Source of the DNA: Bdellovibrio sp.
GTDB lineage: Bacteria; Bdellovibrionota; Bdellovibrionia; Bdellovibrionales; Bdellovibrionaceae
NCBI GenBank assembly: GCA_046318155.1
Contig: JBKCUU010000106.1
Coordinates: 1-13,995 of the forward strand
Length of the DNA: 13,995 nucleotides
Direction of reading: 5' to 3'
The notes beneath the pieces were generated by a model. That model did not search any database and was not told the DNA's origin. It saw only the letters and a program-made list of their open reading frames with translations. Made by a program: the position numbers and the translations under genes. Positions 1 through 5,812 of this stretch are shown piece by piece; the stretch's first letter is position 1, and each line of letters begins with the position of its first letter.

Positions 1-499
1 AAATAACACCAATCTCGCCCGAGATCATTCGAAATAAAAACAGAAAAGACGAGACATGGACCGAGGAGCCCCAGCCCTGCTCGTCATCCGAGAGACTTTC
101 GCGTCTCCAAGCATCGATCACGATATCCTGGCTGGCGCTAAAAAATGCGACGAGCAGCGAAAGCAAGGCGATCGAGTAAAGACTATGCTGAGGCTTCGCA
201 AAGGACATCATCAGAACAGATCCAATCAGTAAGACCTGCGAAATCAGCATCCAACTGCGCCGTCGCCCCATCGGAAGCAGCGTGTAGCGGTCCATGAGTG
301 GGGCCCACAAAAATTTAAATGTGTAAGGGAGACCAACCAAAGCGAAGAGACCGATCGTCGTCAGATCAACCCCCTCTGATTTCATCCAAGCCTGGAGCGT
401 ACCGCCCGTGAGAGCAAGCGGAACTCCTGATGAGAGACCCATCAGCAAAATGATCAACGATTGCTTATTGAAAAGCTTTTTGATTTTGGCGAGGGACAT
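1..499 (-). CDS. ampG: AmpG-family muropeptide MFS permease (N-terminal part; runs off the left edge)
   Basis: Not in the ORF track. Manual translation from the ATG at 499-497 gives MSLAKIKKLFNKQSLIILLMGLSSGVPLALTGGTLQAWMKSEGVDLTTIGLFALVGLPYTFKFLWAPLMDRY...GRRRSW, matching the AmpG signatures (G-x-SSG-x-P, TLQAW, KFLWAP-x-x-D, GRRRSW). SD-like AAGGAAGG lies upstream. Confidence 0.93.
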   Translation of the reverse strand, partial: MSLAKIKKLFNKQSLIILLMGLSSGVPLALTGGTLQAWMKSEGVDLTTIGLFALVGLPYTFKFLWAPLMDRYTLLPMGRRRSWMLISQVLLIGSVLMMSFAKPQHSLYSIALLSLLVAFFSASQDIVIDAWRRESLSDDEQGWGSSVHVSSFLFLFRMISGEIGVI

Positions 500-517
500 G
501 GTGGGCCTTCCTTTGGC

Positions 518-2158
518 TTAGACCGACATTTTGCGCATCTTCCAGAGAAGATGGCTGATGTACGGACGCCGATTCTCTCCGGTCGTGACCATCAAGAGCT
601 TCGTGATCTTGAGATCGGTGGGATCCGTGTAGAGAAGAATCAGCATCTCTTGTAAATAACTGGTATTGAGCGTGATGTAATTGTCCGTCCCCAGACCCAA
701 GTTCATGCCTTTTTTCTCCCACCAAGAAAAGGGGTGGTCTTTATAATCTTCGAACTTGCCGGTGAGTTTATTGTTCGAAGACGGAAGCGTGATGAGGCCC
801 ACGCCCTTTTGAATCATGCGGTTAATCACATCGTGTTGATACTGCTCAACTTCGCGCGCTGTGTGGAACTTGGCTTTGATAAAGGAGGTGACCTCAGTCT
901 CGGTCAGCTTTTGACCGGCCAAAAGTTTATCGAGGATGGATTTATCGTCGCCCCAATCGAGTTCGGTGAGCTCTTTGTACTCGTGGTCTTTGGGGCCAAT
1001 CTTGAGGCCCTTTTTGTTTTTATCCCACACGTGTTGGTAGAGGCGGTGAAAATAAAAGTTGGGATTGATGCCTAGGCTGAGTCCGTGCTCGAGCGTGTCG
1101 ATGTGCCAAATATTCATGGCATTATCAACCGCCTGGATTCCTTTTTTTAGGGTGTGAAAGGTTTCGCCGTGGTGAGAGCGAATCTGAAATCCTCGGTAGC
1201 GGAGTTTGCGAAAGCCTTTTTTAAATTCGTTGAAGTGTTCTTTGCGAAAATGATCAGCTTCGTTTCCAACCGTATCAACATCAGATAAGTGCGCCTGTAA
1301 GAAGGGATACTTATCAAGCATCATCACGATTTCGTTCACCTGTGCTTCGAAATGCTCTTTGCGCGTTTTGTAACGAGCCGAATCGAACGAGGCCGCCTCT
1401 TTGCGGAAAGAGGGAGAGAGGATAAAATTAAAAGCGGGGCACTCGTCTTTAAATTTGCGAAAGCCTTCGTAAAGACCCAATACAACATCTTCTGAGGAGA
1501 CATCATCGGCGCCGGGAATTTGCTCGCTCGAATTGGTCGACGCACGCGAGAGAGAAAATTTAAGACGAATTTGACCGACGTTGTACTTGGTCATCAGTTC
1601 GTGCGCCATGTGATACGCGCTTGCGGCATGAGCTTCGCGGTCGACAAGGATCAACTTAGGTAGGTACAAAATGCGAAGGTAGGTCATAAAGCCTTCGCCC
1701 TCTTGAAGGCGGATCAGGCGGTCAACATCTTGTTCGGTCTGGATGGGCCAAGAACTTTCGCCGTAAACTTCGATAATTTTTTCTTTGTAGACATCCCGGT
1801 GAGGGCCCTCGAGAAGTTTTTTAAGGCGTGGAAAAATGAATGCAGCCGTGAGTGAGCCGGTTAAATGGATATGTTCTTCACGGTAATGGAGAGGAAACAG
1901 CTTAAAGAAGTCTTCAAGCGCCAGCGAAACTGGGTGTGCCAAAAGTGCATGGATGTCGGCCTGATTTTGCCCGAAGGAGCTCATCAGCATCAAAAAGCCT
2001 TCGATTAATTGGTAGGCTCGGGGGTTTTCAGTTTTGAGATCGCTGTCAGCTAAGAGCTCAAGAGTATCGGCGAGTGAAATTCCATTTGTTTCAGAGACTA
2101 TTTTTATCAACTGGCGCAGAAGAGCGCGGTGCGTTTGATCGTCGGTGACCTTCTTCAT
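518..2158 (-). CDS. Adenosine/AMP deaminase-family metal-dependent amidohydrolase (546 aa, atypical)
   Basis: ADA-fold motifs occur in order: EEHIHLTGS (HxH, residues 96/98), DTVGNE, SHHGE (HxxE), TLEHG, LPSSN, LGTDN. It has an N-terminal extension of about 85 aa and a large insertion. Confidence 0.85.
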   Translation of the reverse strand: MKKVTDDQTHRALLRQLIKIVSETNGISLADTLELLADSDLKTENPRAYQLIEGFLMLMSSFGQNQADIHALLAHPVSLALEDFFKLFPLHYREEHIHLTGSLTAAFIFPRLKKLLEGPHRDVYKEKIIEVYGESSWPIQTEQDVDRLIRLQEGEGFMTYLRILYLPKLILVDREAHAASAYHMAHELMTKYNVGQIRLKFSLSRASTNSSEQIPGADDVSSEDVVLGLYEGFRKFKDECPAFNFILSPSFRKEAASFDSARYKTRKEHFEAQVNEIVMMLDKYPFLQAHLSDVDTVGNEADHFRKEHFNEFKKGFRKLRYRGFQIRSHHGETFHTLKKGIQAVDNAMNIWHIDTLEHGLSLGINPNFYFHRLYQHVWDKNKKGLKIGPKDHEYKELTELDWGDDKSILDKLLAGQKLTETEVTSFIKAKFHTAREVEQYQHDVINRMIQKGVGLITLPSSNNKLTGKFEDYKDHPFSWWEKKGMNLGLGTDNYITLNTSYLQEMLILLYTDPTDLKITKLLMVTTGENRRPYISHLLWKMRKMSV

Positions 2159-2164
2159 TTTCCA

Positions 2165-2193
2165 AGTTTAGCGGCGCACCAAGGGCTTGTACA
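2165..2193 (-). promoter_or_regulatory. Putative sigma70 promoter of the deaminase gene (leaderless type)
   Basis: Minus strand reads TGTACA (2193-2188), N17, TAAACT (2170-2165), N6, ATG (2158). Confidence 0.55.
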
Positions 2194-2212
2194 TGACTTT
2201 GTACCCGCGTCT

Positions 2213-2755
2213 CTACCCCGCTTGAAACTGAAGGTACTGCACCCAGGAGTCGGGCGCCTGACCAGCTTTGAGGTCAAGATCCGAGGAGGGGAGCCAGTGG
2301 GGCATGACGGGAATTGTGAGCAGCGGCATACCCGCTGATTGCGGAGTCCGGTTCGCTTTGCGTTGATTACAGTCGCGGCAGGCCGTCACGACATTGGTCC
2401 AATTTTTAGGGCCTTTTTTTGAAGCCGGAATGACGTGGTCCAAAGTGAGATTTTTAAGTGCGTTTTGCTCGCCGCAATATTGGCAGGTGTAATTGTCTCG
2501 AATGTAAACGTTTTCGCGGCAGAAGCGGACAGCGCCATAGGACTTCAGTCTGACATAGCTCTTTAAACGCATGACGCTGGGGACCTGGAAGCTTGAACGC
2601 ACCGAGCGCACAAAGACGTTATGAAACTCAAGCACGTCGACTTTGCCCTGGAACCAGAGAATAAGCGCTTTCTGCCAACAAACCACCTTCATGGGTTCGT
2701 AGCTCGAATTGAGAAGCAGAGCCTTAGCAGAGGCAATTCCCGGCATACCGACCAT
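2213..2755 (-). CDS. Stand-alone HNH endonuclease (McrA/HNH_5-like, Zn-binding)
   Basis: RDNYTCQYCG...LTLDHVIP...NWTNVVTACRDCNQRKANRTP contains two CxxC pairs and the DH...N catalytic motif. The N-terminal LLLNSSYEP and central PSVMRL segments are typical of this family. Confidence 0.92.
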   Translation of the reverse strand: MVGMPGIASAKALLLNSSYEPMKVVCWQKALILWFQGKVDVLEFHNVFVRSVRSSFQVPSVMRLKSYVRLKSYGAVRFCRENVYIRDNYTCQYCGEQNALKNLTLDHVIPASKKGPKNWTNVVTACRDCNQRKANRTPQSAGMPLLTIPVMPHWLPSSDLDLKAGQAPDSWVQYLQFQAG

Positions 2756-2761
2756 ACACTA

Positions 2762-2791
2762 AGGATGACTTGGGAGGGAGCTGAACTGCAA
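2762..2791 (-). promoter_or_regulatory. Putative sigma70 promoter of the HNH gene (leaderless type)
   Basis: Minus strand reads TTGCAG (2791-2786), N18, CATCCT (2767-2762), N6, ATG (2755). No SD is present. Confidence 0.45.
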
Positions 2792-2892
2792 CAATTTTTA
2801 GCACTTTAGTAAATCCTTGCCCGGTTTGCATAAGGATGGTTAATAGTTGCCAGCATGAATTTTGATGCACTCGTTAACGAGCGGAGAAACCC

Positions 2893-3372
2893 ATGGTTTT
2901 AGCTGGACCTCAGAGAGTTATTTCTTTCAATTATACACTTAAAGACTCGACCGGCGCGGTCATCGATTCTTCGTCTGATGGACCAATGTCGTTTTTGACC
3001 GGGACAGGTCAGATTATTCCTAAGCTGGAAGAAGAACTCAAAGCGATGCTGATCAGCCAAAAGAAAAACGTGAGGCTCGCGGCGACCGATGCTTACGGCC
3101 TGCCTGATGCTAAAATGGTCATGGATGTTCCCAAGGCGGACTTGGCTCATCTCAAAATTGAACTCGGCGCCTTTCTACAGTTGAATTTGGGGCAAACCCT
3201 GAAGGTGGTTCGGGTCGCCAAAATCACAGATGAAGCGGTCACTCTTGATGGCAATCATCCTTTGGCCGGACAAGAACTGGAATTTGATGTCGAAGTTGTC
3301 AACTCACGTGAAGCCACGGCCGAAGAAGTGGCCCATGGTCACGCTCACGGTCCTGGCGGACACCAACACTAA
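2893..3372 (+). CDS. slyD: FKBP-type peptidyl-prolyl isomerase SlyD
   Basis: FKBP motifs (YTLKD, G-x-GQIIPKLE, AYG, DGNHPLAGQEL-x-F-x-VEV...REAT-x-EE) and a His-rich tail HGHAHGPGGHQH. SD GGAG at 2883-2886. Confidence 0.93.
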   Translation: MVLAGPQRVISFNYTLKDSTGAVIDSSSDGPMSFLTGTGQIIPKLEEELKAMLISQKKNVRLAATDAYGLPDAKMVMDVPKADLAHLKIELGAFLQLNLGQTLKVVRVAKITDEAVTLDGNHPLAGQELEFDVEVVNSREATAEEVAHGHAHGPGGHQH

Positions 3373-3376
3373 ACTT

Positions 3377-3862
3377 ATGCCGTCATTTGATATCGTTTCA
3401 GAAATTGATTGGCAGGAAGTCGACAACGCGATCAACCAGGCCAAAAAAGAGATTGAAGGTCGCTACGACTTCAAAGGTTCGCAATCCGAAGTCAAATGGG
3501 ACAAAAAAGAACTCACAATCTTGGGTGACGATGATTACAAGATGGAAGCCATGAAGGACATTCTGCAGTCCAAGCTGCACCGCCGCGGTCTTGACATCAA
3601 GTCGTTCAAATTCGAAAAGATCGAAGCGGCGGGGGGCAAAATGCTGCGTCAAAAAGTTGTGATTCAGCAAGGCATCGACAAGGAGCCCGCCAAAGAGATT
3701 TGTAAATTCATCAAAGATTCCAAACTCAAAGTACAGGCGCAGATTATGGACGACAAGATTCGCGTGACGTCTAAATCAATCGACGACCTCCAGTCCGTAA
3801 TGGCTTCTGTTCGATCTGGCGGCTTTTCAGTCCCCGTTCAGTTCAATAACATGCGCTCTTGA
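3377..3862 (+). CDS. yajQ: YajQ-family nucleotide/c-di-GMP-binding protein (161 aa)
   Basis: The likely start is the ATG at 3377 (MPSFDIVSE...EVDNA...RYDFKGS...KVQAQI...RVTSK-x-x-DDLQ...QFNNMR), 4 nt after the slyD stop. The ORF-track start at 3230 overlaps slyD. Confidence 0.95.
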   Translation: MPSFDIVSEIDWQEVDNAINQAKKEIEGRYDFKGSQSEVKWDKKELTILGDDDYKMEAMKDILQSKLHRRGLDIKSFKFEKIEAAGGKMLRQKVVIQQGIDKEPAKEICKFIKDSKLKVQAQIMDDKIRVTSKSIDDLQSVMASVRSGGFSVPVQFNNMRS

Positions 3863-4098
3863 AGCCTTAAAAAATCTGTCATACCGGGCCCAGGAAGTCT
3901 TAAGAGGCATGAGCATGGCAGACAGTCGAGTAGCCTTTTTCTTTTGCTTCCGATTTCAAAATTCTTTTGATAAACGTTTCTTAAGTTCGTTCAGTAAGCC
4001 CTGCTCCAGGTTTTGCGTTTTTGTGAATCATGGTCGGCTACGAAATTTTATTTATTGAAAGAGAGAACGATGCTTTCAATGTTTCGAAAGGAAAGACC

Positions 4099-4485
4099 AT
4101 GAGCAAAAAACTCTACGTCGGAAATCTACCCTACTCTTGTGACGATGAAGCACTTCAGCAGAAATTTGGCGAATTTGGCCAAGTGATCTCTGCACGTGTT
4201 ATCATGGATCGCGATTCTGGCCGTTCAAAAGGCTTCGGCTTTGTTGAAATGGAAGACGACGGAGCAGCGACAACTGCGATCGAGCGCCTCAACGGACAAG
4301 AATTCATGGGACGTCAAATGAACGTTTCTGAAGCTCGTCCTCAAGAGCCTCGCTCTGGTGGCGGCGGTCGTGGCGGCGGTGGCGGCTTCGGCGGCGGCGG
4401 TCGCGGTGGCGGCGGTGGTGGCGGCGGACGTGGCGGCTTCGGCGGCGGCGGACGTGGTGGCGGCGGAGGCCGCGGTGGTTTCTAA
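4099..4485 (+). CDS. RRM RNA-binding protein with Gly/Arg-rich tail (128 aa)
   Basis: RNP2 LYVGNL and RNP1 KGFGFVEM, followed by an RGG/FGG tail. SD-like AAGGA precedes the ATG at 4099 (MSKKLYVGNL), which favours it over 4030. Confidence 0.93.
   Translation: MSKKLYVGNLPYSCDDEALQQKFGEFGQVISARVIMDRDSGRSKGFGFVEMEDDGAATTAIERLNGQEFMGRQMNVSEARPQEPRSGGGGRGGGGGFGGGGRGGGGGGGGRGGFGGGGRGGGGGRGGF
4357..4482 (+). repeat. Low-complexity (GGN)n coding repeat (RGG/FGG boxes)
   Basis: Runs of GGC/GGT codons interrupted by CGT/CGC/TTC. The unit GTGGCGGCTTCGGCGGCGGCGG occurs twice. Confidence 0.85.
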
Positions 4486-4529
4486 ACCACTCATCCTGTG
4501 TTAGTGCTAAAGGCCTCAAGGGAGTAACC

Positions 4530-5153
4530 ATGAGGCCTTTTGCTTTTTTCAGTGTTCTGGTGATCATGATTGGTGTCGTGAGCAGCGTTGCAGGTCCTGC
4601 GATTGCTTCTCCTAAGAAGCTTGTCATCCTCGGCGATTCGTTGACCGAAGGATATGGTGTCTCCAGAGACGCCGCCTTCCCTGCACTCCTAGAGAAAAAA
4701 ATCAAAGCCGATAAGAAAGACTGGGTTGTCATTAATGCCGGGATCAGTGGCTCGACCTCTGCGAGTGCGGTCTCCCGCTTGAAATGGCAGCTGAAGAGCA
4801 AACCTGATTTGTTTGTCATCGCACTCGGTGCGAATGATGGCCTTCGTGGTTTGAAACCTGAAGACCTCGAGAAAAATTTATCGCAGGCTGTTGAGGCCAT
4901 TCAAAAAGAAAAAATCCCCGTTGTGTTAGCAGGCATGCAAATGCCACCGAATTACACCAAGGAGTACGCGGCTAGTTTCGCGGCGGTATTTCCGCGCGTG
5001 GCAAAAAAATATGGTCTTAAAACAGTCCCGTTTTTGTTGGAAAAGGTTGCGGGTGTGACGTCTTTAAATCAGGCTGATGGGATTCATCCCAACGAAAAGG
5101 GTCATGCGATCATGGCCGAGACTGTTTACAACTCGATCAAAGGGCTCTTATGA
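4530..5153 (+). CDS. tesA: Periplasmic GDSL/SGNH arylesterase (acyl-CoA thioesterase I / lysophospholipase L1)
   Basis: Signal peptide, then GDSLTEGYG, NAGISG, LGANDGLRG, PPNY and DGIHPN. SD GGAG upstream. Confidence 0.92.
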   Translation: MRPFAFFSVLVIMIGVVSSVAGPAIASPKKLVILGDSLTEGYGVSRDAAFPALLEKKIKADKKDWVVINAGISGSTSASAVSRLKWQLKSKPDLFVIALGANDGLRGLKPEDLEKNLSQAVEAIQKEKIPVVLAGMQMPPNYTKEYAASFAAVFPRVAKKYGLKTVPFLLEKVAGVTSLNQADGIHPNEKGHAIMAETVYNSIKGLL

Positions 5154-5812
5154 ATCTGCAGGTCATCGATGTTAAAAAAAACTACCTTCAAGGCTCCGAA
5201 AAAATTCAAGTGCTGAAGGGCGTGAATTTTGAAGTGCGAGAGGGCGAAGTCGTTGCGATCCTGGGGCAGTCTGGTTCGGGTAAGACGACCTTACTCAGTC
5301 TGCTCGCGGGCCTTGATACTCCGGGGTCAGGTCTTATCAAAATGGATGATCACGTGTTTTCGCAGATGCTTGAAGATGAGAAAACAATTTTTCGCGGAAA
5401 AAAAATTGGGATCGTCTTTCAGAGCTATCATTTGGTGCCGCATTTAACTGCTGTTGAAAATGTCATGCTCCCGCTGGATATTTTAGGCGAAAGTGATACT
5501 CAAGGTAAGGCCGAGCGTTTACTCGAGCAGGTGGGTCTTGCTCACCGCGCCACTCACTTTCCGTCGCAACTGAGCGGCGGCGAGAGCCAACGGACGGCGC
5601 TTGCTCGCGCTCTGGTCACAAAGCCGGCGCTTCTTTTGGCCGACGAGCCCAGCGGGCATCTCGATCAAGAAACCGGACTTAAAGTCATGGATCTATTTTT
5701 TGATGTCGTTCGAAAAAATAAAATCACCACCATCCTTGTGACCCATGATCCTGGGCTGGCCAAACGCTGCGACCGTCAGTTGGTCTTGCGCGCGGGAGTG
5801 ATGGAAGCATGA
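5150..5812 (+). CDS. ybbA: ABC transporter ATP-binding subunit (YbbA/LolD family)
   Basis: Walker A GQSGSGKT, Q-loop VFQ, signature LSGGE, Walker B LLADEP and H-loop VTHD. ATGA overlap with tesA. Confidence 0.88.
   Translation: MNLQVIDVKKNYLQGSEKIQVLKGVNFEVREGEVVAILGQSGSGKTTLLSLLAGLDTPGSGLIKMDDHVFSQMLEDEKTIFRGKKIGIVFQSYHLVPHLTAVENVMLPLDILGESDTQGKAERLLEQVGLAHRATHFPSQLSGGESQRTALARALVTKPALLLADEPSGHLDQETGLKVMDLFFDVVRKNKITTILVTHDPGLAKRCDRQLVLRAGVMEA

Noticed and set aside
518..2158. Complete RADAR anti-phage system
   Set aside because: There is no RdrA-like P-loop ATPase nearby, and the context is housekeeping genes.
2213..2755. HNH protein as an IscB/Cas9-like RNA-guided nuclease or homing endonuclease
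   Set aside because: It is only 180 aa, with no RuvC motifs or Arg-rich bridge helix. No adjacent repeats, intron context or room for a large ncRNA were seen.
2855..2902. 15-codon uORF (MNFDALVNERRNPWF) overlapping the slyD start
   Set aside because: It has no SD and no well-spaced promoter, and an ORF this short is expected by chance.
3230..3376. N-terminal extension of YajQ in the ORF track
   Set aside because: It overlaps slyD out of frame, and the family starts at MPSFDIVS (3377).
4030..4098. Longer start for the RRM protein
   Set aside because: The SD and the family N-terminus support the ATG at 4099.
4357..4482. GGC repeats as a CRISPR array or non-coding repeat
   Set aside because: There are no spacers, and the repeat is fully explained by poly-Gly coding.
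4225..4900. Ala/Thr-rich and Arg/His-rich minus-strand ORFs
   Set aside because: They are antisense shadows of the (GGN)n repeat and tesA.
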